From assembly GCF_000014785.1 (NCBI RefSeq), contig NC_008340.1:2760001-2792000 (forward strand): a stretch of DNA of 32,000 nucleotides, read 5' to 3'. How positions within the stretch are numbered: position 1 is the first letter of the stretch; each line of letters opens with the position of its first letter. Origin of the DNA: Alkalilimnicola ehrlichii MLHE-1 (GTDB taxonomy: Bacteria > Pseudomonadota > Gammaproteobacteria > Nitrococcales > Halorhodospiraceae). Position numbers and translations under genes: made by a program. Under the pieces are notes generated by a model. The model saw only the letters and a list, made by a program, of their open reading frames with translations. It did not search any database and had not been told where the DNA came from. This document shows positions 20,426 through 30,464 of this stretch, piece after piece.

Positions 20426-20582
20426 GGTGGGGGCGAGGTTCGTCCCGCGGTGACGGTGGGGCGGCGCCGCGCCTTGCGGTGGGGGTGGGTCCGCGTCGCG
20501 TCGTGGCTCCCGGCAAGCCCGGCGCCCGGTTCGCCTGTGTTAACCTTCCGCCCCATCGCAAACCCGCAACAGGGAGTCATTC

Positions 20583-21299
20583 ATGCGCCCCAGTGGTCGA
20601 AAGCCCGATGAGCTGCGCCCCGTGCGCCTGACCCGCCACTACACCCGCCACGCCGAAGGCTCGGTACTGGTGGAGTTCGGTGACACCCGGGTGCTTTGCA
20701 CCGCCAGCGTGGAGGAGCGGGTGCCGCCGTGGCTGCGCAATCAGGGGCGTGGCTGGGTGACCGCGGAATACGGCATGCTGCCCCGCTCCACCGGCACCCG
20801 TAACGACCGCGAGGCCGCCCGCGGCAAGCAGCAGGGCCGTACCATTGAGATTCAGCGCCTCATCGGACGGGCGTTGCGCGCGGCCGTGGACCTGGAGGCC
20901 CTGGGCGAGCGGCGTGTGGTGCTGGACTGCGATGTGCTGCAGGCGGACGGCGGCACCCGCACCGCGGCGATCACCGGGGCGTACGTGGCCCTGGTGGATG
21001 CCTGCAACCTGCTACGCAAGGAAGGCCGGATTCGCCGCAGCCCGATCTTCGGCCAGGTCGCGGCGGTCTCGGTGGGCATCTACCAGGGCACGCCGGTGCT
21101 GGACCTGGACTATGCAGAGGACTCCGAGGCGGAGACGGACATGAACGTGGTCATGAACGAGGCGGGCGGCTTCATCGAGCTGCAGGGCACGGCGGAGGGA
21201 CACGCCTTCCGCCGGGATGAGCTGAACGCCATGACGGAACTGGCCGAGCTCGGCGTGGCCCAATTGATCGAGACGCAGCGCCAGGCGCTCGAGGCCTAG
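20583..21299 (+). CDS. rph: Ribonuclease PH
   Basis: [45 protein letters not shown]; [17 protein letters not shown]; [19 protein letters not shown]. Confidence 0.97.
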   Translation: MRPSGRKPDELRPVRLTRHYTRHAEGSVLVEFGDTRVLCTASVEERVPPWLRNQGRGWVTAEYGMLPRSTGTRNDREAARGKQQGRTIEIQRLIGRALRAAVDLEALGERRVVLDCDVLQADGGTRTAAITGAYVALVDACNLLRKEGRIRRSPIFGQVAAVSVGIYQGTPVLDLDYAEDSEAETDMNVVMNEAGGFIELQGTAEGHAFRRDELNAMTELAELGVAQLIETQRQALEA

Positions 21300-21344
21300 G
21301 CCGCACGACGGCGCGTGCCCCCTTTAGCAACCCACCGTGATGCC

Positions 21345-21956
21345 ATGAAACGTATTGTTCTAGCCAGCGGCAACCCTGGGAAGGTCCGGGAGCTACAGGG
21401 GTTACTTAAGGAGACGGGGATCCAGGTCATCCCGCAGTCGGAGTACTGCGTGCCGGACGCCGAGGAGACCGGGCTGAGCTTCATCGAGAACGCCATCCTC
21501 AAGGCCCGTCACGCCTGCCGGCATACCGATCTGCCGGCGCTGGCCGACGACTCCGGGCTGGAGGTGGATTTCCTCGATGGCGAGCCCGGCATCTACTCGG
21601 CCCGCTATGCCGGCAGCCACGGCGATGACGTGGCCAACAACGATCGCCTGCTGGGCGAGCTGGACGGCGTCCCGGAGGCGGAGCGGACGGCCCGCTTCCG
21701 CTGCGTCATCGCCCTGCTGCGCCACGCCGAGGACCCCATGCCGCTGGTGGTCAGCGGCACTTGGGAGGGCCGCATCCTCACCCAGCCGCGGGGCGACGGC
21801 GGGTTTGGCTATGACCCGCTCTTTTTCGACCGGGAGCTGGGCCGCTCGGCAGCGGAGCTGGACGCCCGTACCAAGAACCGTCACTCCCACCGCGGGCGTG
21901 CGCTGCAAGCGCTGCTGGCCGCCCTCAGGGCGGAGCCCGCCCGGCTGTCAGGGTGA
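21345..21956 (+). CDS. rdgB: RdgB/HAM1 family non-canonical purine NTP pyrophosphatase
   Basis: MKRIVLASGNPGKVRELQGLL; ADDSGLEVDFLDGEPGIYSARYAG; GDGGFGYDPLF. Confidence 0.95.
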   Translation: MKRIVLASGNPGKVRELQGLLKETGIQVIPQSEYCVPDAEETGLSFIENAILKARHACRHTDLPALADDSGLEVDFLDGEPGIYSARYAGSHGDDVANNDRLLGELDGVPEAERTARFRCVIALLRHAEDPMPLVVSGTWEGRILTQPRGDGGFGYDPLFFDRELGRSAAELDARTKNRHSHRGRALQALLAALRAEPARLSG

Positions 21957-23149
21957 ACCCGCAGGCCGGCACCCCCCCGCCCCCGCTCGGGGTCTACCTG
22001 CACCTGCCCTGGTGCGTGCAGAAATGCCCCTATTGCGATTTCAACAGCCACGCCCCGGCCCGCGCGGACCGGCGCGCTGATGCCAGCACCCTGCCCGCCA
22101 TTCCCCACGAGCGCTACACCCGCGCCGTGCTGACGGACCTGGCCAGCGCCGCCGGGCCGCTCCAGGGCCGGCGCGTGGAGACGGTCTTCATTGGCGGCGG
22201 CACCCCCAGTCTGTTCCCGCCCGAGGCCATCGGCGGGTTGCTGGAGGCGCTGGACCGGCGCCTGGGTCTGACCGGCGATGCGGAGATCACCCTCGAGGCG
22301 AATCCGGGCACCGTGGAGCAGGGTCGGTTCCACGGCTACCGGGCGGCCGGGGTCAACCGGCTTTCCATCGGGGTGCAAAGTTTCGATGCCGGCGCGCTGC
22401 GCCGTCTGGGCCGCATTCATGGCCCGGAGGAGGCCCGCCGGGCGGTGCGGGCGGCACGACGGGCTGGCTTCCGGCGTATCAACCTGGACCTGATGTACGC
22501 CCTGCCCGGCCAGACCACGGCCCAGGCCCTGGCGGACGTGGAGGCCGCCCTGGCGCTGGCGCCGGAGCACATCTCCCACTACCAGCTCACCCTGGAGCCG
22601 GGCACGCCCTTCCACAGCCGCCCGCCGGCGGATCTGCCGGACGAGGCCCGGCTGCTGGCGCTGGAGGCGGCATGCCGTGAGCGTCTGGCCGCCGCCGGAC
22701 TGACCCGTTACGAGGTCTCGGCCTGGGCGCACCCGGGCGAGGCCTGCCGCCACAACCTCAATTACTGGCGCTTCGGCGATTACCTGGGCTTGGGCGCCGG
22801 GGCCCACGGCAAGCTGAGCGACCCGGCCCGGGACGAGATCCGCCGTGAGGCCCGGGTGCGCATGCCGGGCACCTATATGGCACAGGCGGGCACGCCGGCT
22901 GCGATCGCTGAACTCCGGCGGCTGCAAAACGGCGATATCGTGCTTGAATTCATGATGAACGCCCTGCGTCTGGCAGAGGGCTTTCACCGCGACGACTGGC
23001 GGCGACACACCGGCCGCCCGACCACCCTGTTTGAGGACCGGGTGGCCGAGGCGGTGACAGACGGCCTGCTGAGCGATGACGGGGGGCGCATCCGGCCCAC
23101 TCAACGGGGCTGGCAACTGCTGGACGGCCTGCTGCAACGGTTCTTGTGA
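21953..23149 (+). CDS. hemW: Radical SAM HemW-like protein (coproporphyrinogen III oxidase-like)
   Basis: LGVYLHLPWCVQKCPYCDFNSH, FIGGGTPSLF, RLSIGVQSFDAGALRRLGRIH. GTG start overlapping the rdgB stop. Confidence 0.93.
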   Translation: MNPQAGTPPPPLGVYLHLPWCVQKCPYCDFNSHAPARADRRADASTLPAIPHERYTRAVLTDLASAAGPLQGRRVETVFIGGGTPSLFPPEAIGGLLEALDRRLGLTGDAEITLEANPGTVEQGRFHGYRAAGVNRLSIGVQSFDAGALRRLGRIHGPEEARRAVRAARRAGFRRINLDLMYALPGQTTAQALADVEAALALAPEHISHYQLTLEPGTPFHSRPPADLPDEARLLALEAACRERLAAAGLTRYEVSAWAHPGEACRHNLNYWRFGDYLGLGAGAHGKLSDPARDEIRREARVRMPGTYMAQAGTPAAIAELRRLQNGDIVLEFMMNALRLAEGFHRDDWRRHTGRPTTLFEDRVAEAVTDGLLSDDGGRIRPTQRGWQLLDGLLQRFL

Positions 23150-23192
23150 CCCGCGCCAGCCCGCGCTGCCGGTCCCGCCGGCGGGAGGCGAC

Positions 23193-23390
23193 ATGACGGC
23201 CGAAACCCGGGAACAGTTCATCCAGTGCCCCTATTGCGGCAGTCATTACCACGCCGTGGTGGATCTGTCCGGCGGAGATCAAGTCTATATTGAGGATTGC
23301 GAAGTCTGCTGCCGCCCCATCGAGTTCCAGCTCCACCTGGACGCGGAAGGGCACTTCGCCGAGCTGGTATTGAGGCGAGACGATGACTGA
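23193..23390 (+). CDS. CPxCG motif-containing cysteine-rich protein
   Basis: MTAETREQFIQCPYCGSHYHAVVDLSGGDQVYIEDCEVCCRPIEFQL. Confidence 0.82.
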   Translation: MTAETREQFIQCPYCGSHYHAVVDLSGGDQVYIEDCEVCCRPIEFQLHLDAEGHFAELVLRRDDD

Positions 23391-23634
23391 CCGCCCGGAT
23401 AACGACGACTACCGGCCCATCTCCTGCGAGCGGTACGCGGAGCTGGAACTGCACATCATGCACGCGCGCCGCCTGCGGGTGGCCTGGCGTACCCCGCAGG
23501 GCCAGCACATCGACACCCTGATCCCCGAAGACCTCCACACCCGGGACGGGGCGGAGTACCTGGTGGCCCGCAACCGGCTGGGCGAGGCCTTCATTATCCG
23601 CCTGGATCAACTGCAGCGGTTCCGGCCCTTGTGA
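23383..23634 (+). CDS. Rof/YaeO-like Rho-binding antiterminator family protein
   Basis: YRPISCERYAELELHIMHARRLRVAWRTPQGQHIDTLIPEDLHTRDGAEYLVARNRLGEAFIIRLDQLQRF resembles the E. coli Rof layout (YQPINCDDYDNLELA...EYLVV...LRLDKITSF). Confidence 0.65.
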   Translation: MTDRPDNDDYRPISCERYAELELHIMHARRLRVAWRTPQGQHIDTLIPEDLHTRDGAEYLVARNRLGEAFIIRLDQLQRFRPL

Positions 23635-23701
23635 CTACCGGTTCACATTAATACTGCTACCCCAATTCACATACGTTTTAAATAAGCATAGGCTGCACGG
23701 G

Positions 23702-26110
23702 ATGAAAGCCCTGCCGATCATCCTGAGCGCCCTGCTGACGCTGCCCGCCACCCTCGGCTGGGCCGCCCCCGCGGGGGCCGACGGCACGGAATACCGCCTG
23801 GGGGCGTTGGGCTTTCGTGCACCGGAACAGACGCTCGCCCGCTGGCAGGCCACCGCCGATTACCTCACCGAGACCATTCCCGACGCCCGCTTCCGCGTCG
23901 CGCCGATGAACTACCCCCAACTGGAGGCCGCCATCGCCGACGGGACGGTGGACTTCGTGCTCACCAACACCGGTCACTATGTGCGCATGGAGGCCGAGCA
24001 CGGACTGACCCGCCTGGTCACCATGATCGCCGAGGCAGAGCAGCAGCCGGTGCGCGTCTTCGGCGGGGTCATCCTGACCCGCGCCGACCGGCACGACATC
24101 CAGACCCTCTCCGACCTGGCCGGCCGGCACGTCTACGCCGTCGGCGAGGGGTCGCTGGGGGGCTGGCACGTGGGCCGGGAGGCCCTGCTGGACGTCGGGG
24201 TCGACCCGGCCCGGGATCTCGCCCGGGTGACCTTCACCGGCATGCCCCACGACCAGGTGGTGGAGGCGGTGCTGGCCGGTGAGGGCGATGCGGGAATGGT
24301 GCGCACGGGGATACTCGAGAGCATGGCCCGGGAGGGCCGCCTGGACCTGGACGCGGTGCGGGTGCTCGAGCCACGCCGGACGGCGGGTTTCCCCCTCCAA
24401 CACTCCACCCACCTTTACCCGGAATGGCCCTTCTCCCGGCTCCCGCACACCCCGGACGCGATCGCGCAGGCCGTGACCATCGCCCTGTTGGAGATGCCGT
24501 CCGGGCATCCGGCCGCCCGGGACGGTGGTTATGTCGGCTGGTCGGCCCCCCTCTCCTACGGGGGCGTCCACGAGCTCTTTCAACGCCTGGGTGAACCGCC
24601 CTACGAGCACTGGGGCGGCCTGGACCTGCGCGTGGTCTGGGAGCAGCACCCGGCCATCGTCCTGGCCCTGATGCTGATCGTCACCGGCGGCATGGCCGGT
24701 GCCGTCATCAAATACCGCCGACTCAACCGCAGCCTGGCGGTGGAGGTGGACCAGCGCCGGATGGTCGAACGGCAGCTGCGCCAGCACCAGGCGCGGCTCA
24801 CCCACTTGGCTAATCACGACCCGCTCACCGATCTGCCCAACCGGCTGTTGCTCACCACCCGACTGGAGCAGGCGGTTGCCCGCGCCACCGGTAGCGGACA
24901 ACGGGTGGCGGTGCTGTTCCTGGACCTGGACCGCTTCAAGAACATCAACGACAGTCTGGGCCACGCGGTGGGCGACGACCTGCTGCGGATCCTTGCCGAA
25001 CGCCTGCGCAGCCAGGTGGAGGCCAACACCGTGGCCCGGCTAGGCGGGGATGAGTTCATCGTGCTGCTGGACGGCATCAGCGATCTCGAACTGGTGGACC
25101 AGCAGGCGCGGGAGCTGCTTGAGCTGGTGGCCGAGTCCTTCTCCGTCGGGGGCTGGCGATCGCTGCAGGTGGGCGGCAGCATCGGCATCAGCCTCTTTCC
25201 GGACAACGCGCAGGATGCCTCCGAGCTCATCACCCAGGCCGACGCCGCCATGTACCTGGCCAAGGCCGAAGGTCGCAACACCTACCGCTACTACAACCAA
25301 TCGCTCACCGCCGCCGCCAGCGAACGGCTGGAGACCGAGACCCGCTTGCGCCGCGCCCTGGAACTGGACCACCTGGAGGTCTTCTATCAGCCCCAGCTGG
25401 ACATCACCACCGGGGCACTCACCGGCGTGGAGGCACTGGTGCGCTGGCGCGACCCCGAGCAGGGCCTGATACCGCCGGACCGCTTCATCCCGGTGGCAGA
25501 GGAGACCGGGTTGATTGACCGGCTCGGCCAGCAGGTGCTCGAGCGCGCTTGCCTTCAGGTGGCGGCCTGGGACCGGGACGGCCTCCCGGCCCTGGATGTT
25601 GCGGTCAATCTCTCGGCCCACCAGATCGGCGATCCGCGCCTGTGCGCCAAGATCCGCCATGCCCTGGAGCGCAGCGGACTCGCTCCCCGGCGGCTGGTGC
25701 TGGAGATCACCGAAAGCACACTGATGACCCAGGCGGAGGGTGCGCTCGGCACGTTGGCCGGGCTGAAGGGCCTGGGGGTGCAAGTGGCCATTGACGACTT
25801 CGGCACCGGTTACTCCTCCCTGGCCTATCTCAAGCGCTTTGCCATCGACTGGCTGAAGGTGGACCGCTGCTTCGTACAGGACCTGCCGGAAGACCGCAAC
25901 GACGCCGAGCTGACTCAGACCATCGTCTACATGGCCCACAACCTCGGCCTGCGGGTGCTGGCTGAGGGGGTGGAGACCCAGGCGCAACTGGATTTTCTCA
26001 CCCACCTCGGCTGCGATGGCTGGCAGGGCTTTCTCTGCAGCCCGCCCCTGCCCCCGCAAGAACTGGTGGCGCGCCTGGAAAGCAGAGAGGGGCTGCGCCG
26101 CCGCGCGTGA
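23702..26110 (+). CDS. PhnD-like periplasmic binding domain fused to GGDEF and EAL domains
   Basis: Signal peptide; RLGALGFRAPEQTLARWQATADYL...DFVLTNTGHYV; TM segment HPAIVLALMLIVTGGMAGAVI; LGGDEF; GVEALVRWRDP and DDFGTGYSSL. Confidence 0.93.
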   Translation: MKALPIILSALLTLPATLGWAAPAGADGTEYRLGALGFRAPEQTLARWQATADYLTETIPDARFRVAPMNYPQLEAAIADGTVDFVLTNTGHYVRMEAEHGLTRLVTMIAEAEQQPVRVFGGVILTRADRHDIQTLSDLAGRHVYAVGEGSLGGWHVGREALLDVGVDPARDLARVTFTGMPHDQVVEAVLAGEGDAGMVRTGILESMAREGRLDLDAVRVLEPRRTAGFPLQHSTHLYPEWPFSRLPHTPDAIAQAVTIALLEMPSGHPAARDGGYVGWSAPLSYGGVHELFQRLGEPPYEHWGGLDLRVVWEQHPAIVLALMLIVTGGMAGAVIKYRRLNRSLAVEVDQRRMVERQLRQHQARLTHLANHDPLTDLPNRLLLTTRLEQAVARATGSGQRVAVLFLDLDRFKNINDSLGHAVGDDLLRILAERLRSQVEANTVARLGGDEFIVLLDGISDLELVDQQARELLELVAESFSVGGWRSLQVGGSIGISLFPDNAQDASELITQADAAMYLAKAEGRNTYRYYNQSLTAAASERLETETRLRRALELDHLEVFYQPQLDITTGALTGVEALVRWRDPEQGLIPPDRFIPVAEETGLIDRLGQQVLERACLQVAAWDRDGLPALDVAVNLSAHQIGDPRLCAKIRHALERSGLAPRRLVLEITESTLMTQAEGALGTLAGLKGLGVQVAIDDFGTGYSSLAYLKRFAIDWLKVDRCFVQDLPEDRNDAELTQTIVYMAHNLGLRVLAEGVETQAQLDFLTHLGCDGWQGFLCSPPLPPQELVARLESREGLRRRA

Positions 26111-26175
26111 ACGCCGCGACGGTGCCCGCCCCCCGGCGACCCTACCACCGGGGACCGGCTCGCCGTGCGGGCCGA

Positions 26176-26210
26176 ATAAAAAACGCCGGCGCAGTGCGGC
26201 TGCGCCGGCG
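26176..26210 (-). terminator. Rho-independent terminator at the 3' end of the M20-like gene transcript
   Basis: On the minus strand, CGCCGGCGCAG-ccgca-CTGCGCCGGCG (26210-26184, 11-bp perfect stem) followed by a T-rich TTTTTTATT tract. Confidence 0.85.
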
Positions 26211-26272
26211 AAAAGGAGGTCTCCCCTCCTCCCGACCAGGACTTGATCCCGGATTGCCACCGCGGCAGACGG

Positions 26273-27586
26273 TTAGAGCTCCAGCGCCTCCCGCTCACGG
26301 GTAAGACTATCGATAATGCTGTAGATCAACGCCCGGCAGGGCTTGATCATGCCCTGGATGTTACACACCCCCATCCCGCCCAGCCCCTCGGCGAAGGCCT
26401 CCGGGACGGTCTCGTCACCGATCCAGGGATAGCCGATACGGACCAGCGGGATACCCAGGTTGTTGATGGCGGCCGCATCGGTCTGCCCGGCCAGCATCGG
26501 GGCACCGGGGTAGGGCCTGCCCTCCTGCGCCTCCCAGCCCCGGGTGGCCGAGCGCACCACCCAATGGTCCTCAGGGGTCCGCGAACCCGGCACCGAGGCG
26601 TACATCTCCCAATCGGCCTCGACCCCGGGGTTGCGGGCGAGGATATCGCGCATGGCGGCGTCGAACTCCGCCTGCACCTCGGCGGTGGTTTGGTGGGGGT
26701 TACAGCGCAGATCCAGGTAGATCTCCGTGGTGGCGCTGGGGAAGGCCGGCTTTTCCGGCCAACCGGAGCGGACCGCGGCGATCCACCCCTCAGGGGCAAT
26801 CTGACCGCGGGTATGGCGCTCGGTGTAACGGGGCAGCCAGTCCTCCAGGGCGAGGATCACCCGCGCCGCCGGCACGATGGAGCTGCGGAAACCGGGCGTG
26901 CCCCGCGGGATCCCGGAATACCCCAGCGTGCCCCGGACCGAGACCTTGAACCAGCACATGCCCGGATGGTCGTGGTAGATCTCCCACCAGGGCTTGAAGA
27001 TAATGCCGAAATCGGCGGTGACCCCACGCATCAGCATCTGGCTGACGCCGCTGCTCAGGCCAAAGTGGTTGCGTTCCGGCACGAGCTGAGGCATGCCACC
27101 GCCGGCGAAGGCGAGCACCGCCTCGCCCTTGAGAGGCACGCCGGCTTCGCGCACGGCATGCACCGCCTCCATGAGGGTGGTGACCATGCACTTGGGGTTG
27201 GAAGCCCCGAGGCCGATCACCAGATCGCCCTGGGTGTAGGCGTCGGTCTTCATGTCATCGCGCAGCTCCGGCCCCACCCAGGGCACGTCGCGCGACTCGT
27301 CCGCCTCCAGGTGGGTGTCCACCGGCGCGTAAAGCAGCATACGGGCACCCTCACCGGAGCCGGCCAACCGGCCGACGGCGTTGCCGCTCTGCTCACTGAT
27401 GGTCTGGTACTCGGCATCCAGTCCCATGGCCGACATCTGCTCCACCAGGTACCGGCTGGCCGCTGCCTCCGCCCCGGTGGGGCTGTGGATGCGGGTCAGT
27501 TCCAGGGTCCGCTGCTTCAGGCGTTCCTTGTCAATCCTGGCGCAGGCCGCCTCGTACCAGCGCTGTTGTTGCTCCGAGAATGCCAT
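26273..27586 (-). CDS. M20/M28-fold peptidase-like protein with apparently degenerate metal-binding motifs
   Basis: RIHSPTGAEAAASRYLVEQMSAMGLDAEY and overall M20 layout, but canonical ligands appear replaced (see findings). Confidence 0.75.
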   Translation of the reverse strand: MAFSEQQQRWYEAACARIDKERLKQRTLELTRIHSPTGAEAAASRYLVEQMSAMGLDAEYQTISEQSGNAVGRLAGSGEGARMLLYAPVDTHLEADESRDVPWVGPELRDDMKTDAYTQGDLVIGLGASNPKCMVTTLMEAVHAVREAGVPLKGEAVLAFAGGGMPQLVPERNHFGLSSGVSQMLMRGVTADFGIIFKPWWEIYHDHPGMCWFKVSVRGTLGYSGIPRGTPGFRSSIVPAARVILALEDWLPRYTERHTRGQIAPEGWIAAVRSGWPEKPAFPSATTEIYLDLRCNPHQTTAEVQAEFDAAMRDILARNPGVEADWEMYASVPGSRTPEDHWVVRSATRGWEAQEGRPYPGAPMLAGQTDAAAINNLGIPLVRIGYPWIGDETVPEAFAEGLGGMGVCNIQGMIKPCRALIYSIIDSLTREREALEL

Positions 27587-27601
27587 CTTCCGCTCCTCTG
27601 C

Positions 27602-29005
27602 TTAGCGGTGCCCGGGCCGCAGGGCGGTCAAGCCCAGCGCCCGGAAGATCCAGGTGGTGCCGGCCAGCAGTGCGGCATCGCCGCCCTTGCGGCCGACCAG
27701 TTGCGCGGCCAGGGGCAAGTCACGCGCCCCCCGTCCGATGGGCAGAGCGACACACGGTGTGCCGAGCAGGGTCCAGGTGCGGTTGAAGAGCGGGTCGCCG
27801 GTGCTCTCCAGCCCTTCCGGTGCCTCGCCCGGCGTGGCCGGGGTGAGGATCAGGTCGTAGTCGGCGAACAGGCCATCGATCACCTGCCCCCAGTGCTCAC
27901 CCAGGGCACAGGCGCGGGCATAGTCGTCGTCGCTGACGGTCCGGCCGAAGGCAAGGAACTCGCTCAGCACCGAACTGAACCCGTCGGCGCAGCGGGCCCA
28001 ATCCTCGGCCAGCGCCTCGCTGCCCTCGCGGGCCATGATCATGCGCTGGGCCTCGACCAATGCCTCCATGCCGGTCGGGAGCTGCGGCTCCTCCACCGCG
28101 ACGCCCAGGCCGGCCAGGGCGTCGGCGAAGCCATCGAGCGCCCGGTGCATATCGGAATCACCCTGGCTCCACATTGGCGTGCGCAGGTAGGCGATCCGGC
28201 GGGGGCGCACCTGCGCCGACGCCTGCACTGCGGGCTCACTGCTCAACGCCTGGCGGGCCAGGCTCAAGTCCTCCGGCCCACGGGCAAAGACACCGACGGT
28301 GTCGAGGGAGCGGGCAAACTCATAGACGCCCGCCCGCGGGATCGCCCCGAACGTGGGCTTGTAGCCAAGCACGCCGTTGAACGCCGCCGGTCGTATCACC
28401 GAGCCGGCCGTCTGGGTGCCCAGGGCCAGGGTCACCTGACCGTCCGCAACGGCGGCCGCTGAGCCGCTGGACGAGCCGCCCGGGGTGTGCCCCGGGTGGT
28501 GCGGATTCCGGGTCGGTCCGGGGGCATAGAAGGCGAACTCGGTGGTCACCGTCTTGCCCAGGATCACGGCACCGGCCCGACGGAGCCGCCGGACGCATTC
28601 CGCCGCACGCAACGGCACGTAGGCCCGATAGAGCGGGCTGCCGTACTCCGTGGCCATATCAGCGGTATCGATGATGTCCTTGATGCCGACCGGCACCCCG
28701 CGCAGCGGCCCGGCCTCATCACCCACCTCGTCGGCCTGCCGCGCCGCCGCCAGGGCCTGGTCGGCCGCGACACAGCTCCAGGCCCGCACCGCGTCATCCC
28801 GGCGCTGGATTCGCTCCAGGCAGGCTTCGACCAGGCCTGCGGAGGTCAGCTCATGGCGGCGGAGACCGTCCACCGCAGCGGCGGCGGTCATCCAGTTGTA
28901 GAGGCCCACGCCACCGGCCCCCGCGCCCCGCCCGTCCGTCTGCCCCAGGGAGGGGCGCTGCAGCGGATGGGAGGCCATACAGGGTTGGAACAAAGACCAG
29001 GACAT
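27602..29005 (-). CDS. Amidase signature family enzyme (start codon uncertain)
   Basis: LRGVPVGIKDIIDTADM catalytic Lys; GGSSSGSAAAVADGQVTLALGTQTAGSVIRPAAFNGVLGYKPTFG Ser-Ser region. Confidence 0.92.
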   Translation of the reverse strand: MSWSLFQPCMASHPLQRPSLGQTDGRGAGAGGVGLYNWMTAAAAVDGLRRHELTSAGLVEACLERIQRRDDAVRAWSCVAADQALAAARQADEVGDEAGPLRGVPVGIKDIIDTADMATEYGSPLYRAYVPLRAAECVRRLRRAGAVILGKTVTTEFAFYAPGPTRNPHHPGHTPGGSSSGSAAAVADGQVTLALGTQTAGSVIRPAAFNGVLGYKPTFGAIPRAGVYEFARSLDTVGVFARGPEDLSLARQALSSEPAVQASAQVRPRRIAYLRTPMWSQGDSDMHRALDGFADALAGLGVAVEEPQLPTGMEALVEAQRMIMAREGSEALAEDWARCADGFSSVLSEFLAFGRTVSDDDYARACALGEHWGQVIDGLFADYDLILTPATPGEAPEGLESTGDPLFNRTWTLLGTPCVALPIGRGARDLPLAAQLVGRKGGDAALLAGTTWIFRALGLTALRPGHR

Positions 29006-29040
29006 TACGCGTCACCTCCGTCGCGTGGGCGGTCATTCGG

Positions 29041-29069
29041 GGCGGGCCGCCCACGCGGGGCGGCCCGCC
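29041..29069. other. Strong GC-rich intergenic hairpin between the Rieske oxygenase and amidase genes
   Basis: ggcgggccgccc-acgcg-gggcggcccgcc: 12-bp perfect stem with 5-nt loop and no U tract. Confidence 0.8.
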
Positions 29070-29077
29070 GGCAGGGC

Positions 29078-30343
29078 TTACTCGAAGGCGCCTTCAGAGG
29101 CCTCGGCAAACCGGTAGCTCTGGTCCTTGAGCACGCCCGGCACGCCCTTGGGCTTGCGGGCCAGACCGCGGTTGTGACGGGAGGCGATCTTGCGCCAGGT
29201 CACCACCGAGGCGTCCATGTCGGCCAGCTGCTCCTCGTTCCAGCCGGTGCCATCGGCGTAGAAGTTTTGCATGGCGTCGCGGGCGAACAGGTCGCAGTCG
29301 TTGAAGCCGTGCAGGCACATGGGCTTGTAGAGGTTCTCAAAGCGGTACTCGAAGTCCTTGCGCTCCTGCTCGTCCTTGCAGTGCTTGACCAGCACCTCCC
29401 AGTACTCATAGGTGTCGTCGGTAATGGGCACGTACCACTCGTACTGCACCACATGGTCCTCCGGCCAGTTCTCCACCATGAGCACGCCGGGCAGGTACAT
29501 GGAGGTGCGGAAGTAGCGGGGCACGGTGCCCTGCGCCTTCACACCCAGCTTTTCGTTCTCCAGGATCGGTTCGTAGTGGTCCGTGTAGTACCGGTTCAGG
29601 AAGCCCTTGGGGCCGTTGTCGTCCTCGATCAGCGCGATGGCCTGGTCGGTGACCGGTTTCACCCCCAACGGCAGCGCCCAGTCACGGGCGTGCACGATGG
29701 CGTTGTCCTTGTGGATCAGCAGGTGGCCCGGATCAAAGCCGTTCTCGGCCGCCAGTCGCCAGTTGGCGTACCCCTTGCGGTGGATACCGAGGGCAACGGA
29801 GTGCTCGTCCAGCACGCTGGGGGTATCGGGCCAGTAGGGGTGCGGGAAACGCTCGTTGTTCTCCGGATAACGCAGCGGCAGGTCCGCGGCCAGCGGGGGC
29901 ACGTCCTCGTCCCAGTCCTCGTCGCAGACGAACACGAAGATCATGCCGCTGTGCTCCTCGACGGCAAACGTCTGAACGCCGGTGGTGCCGATGATCTCGT
30001 CATCGGGCGCGGCCACGATGGAGACCAGCTTGCCGGAGGCCAGGTCGAAGGTGAAGCCGTGGTACCAGCAGGTGATGGTGTCATCGGTAAGGCACATGGG
30101 TTTGGCCGAAAGCTTCACGCCACGGTGGATGCACTGGTCCTTCAGGGCGTAGACCTTGCCCTTGGAACGACGCAGAACGATGGGCACACCACAGATCTGG
30201 ATGCCCTTGGTATCACCCTCCTCCAGTTCGTGGGTGAACAGGGCCGGGTACCAGTGATTGATGAAACCCCACTCGGCTTCCAGGTAGGGCTGGTACATGC
30301 GCTTGGCCAGCTTGTCGTTGATGACCTTGGGATCGGCAGCCAT
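29078..30343 (-). CDS. Rieske non-heme iron ring-hydroxylating oxygenase, alpha-subunit-like
   Basis: Rieske motif CIHRGVKLSAKPMCLTDDTITCWYHGF (CxH...CxxH); mononuclear iron region ENGFDPGHLLIH; AGGAGG ribosome-binding site upstream. Confidence 0.92.
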   Translation of the reverse strand: MAADPKVINDKLAKRMYQPYLEAEWGFINHWYPALFTHELEEGDTKGIQICGVPIVLRRSKGKVYALKDQCIHRGVKLSAKPMCLTDDTITCWYHGFTFDLASGKLVSIVAAPDDEIIGTTGVQTFAVEEHSGMIFVFVCDEDWDEDVPPLAADLPLRYPENNERFPHPYWPDTPSVLDEHSVALGIHRKGYANWRLAAENGFDPGHLLIHKDNAIVHARDWALPLGVKPVTDQAIALIEDDNGPKGFLNRYYTDHYEPILENEKLGVKAQGTVPRYFRTSMYLPGVLMVENWPEDHVVQYEWYVPITDDTYEYWEVLVKHCKDEQERKDFEYRFENLYKPMCLHGFNDCDLFARDAMQNFYADGTGWNEEQLADMDASVVTWRKIASRHNRGLARKPKGVPGVLKDQSYRFAEASEGAFE

Positions 30344-30437
30344 TTTTCATCCTCCTCGGATAGTGCGGTGCCCTCTGGGGGGCGTCTCGTGTTAGCCAGC
30401 GGTCGCTTATCGCCGACCGTGCCTACTGTTTAGTACA

Positions 30438-30455
30438 TGACAGGATCGTCTGTCA
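30438..30455. promoter_or_regulatory. Perfect inverted repeat overlapping a candidate -35 box upstream of the Rieske oxygenase gene
   Basis: TGACAG-gatcgt-CTGTCA; minus-strand TTGACA at 30456-30451. Confidence 0.45.
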
Positions 30456-30464
30456 ATTGATTTT

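Noticed and set aside
26243-28462. 739-aa plus-strand ORF
   Set aside because: It is antisense to the M20-like and amidase genes and shows no recognisable domain motifs.
28487-30433. 648-aa plus-strand ORF
   Set aside because: It is antisense to the amidase and Rieske oxygenase genes, and the opposite strand carries clear catalytic signatures.
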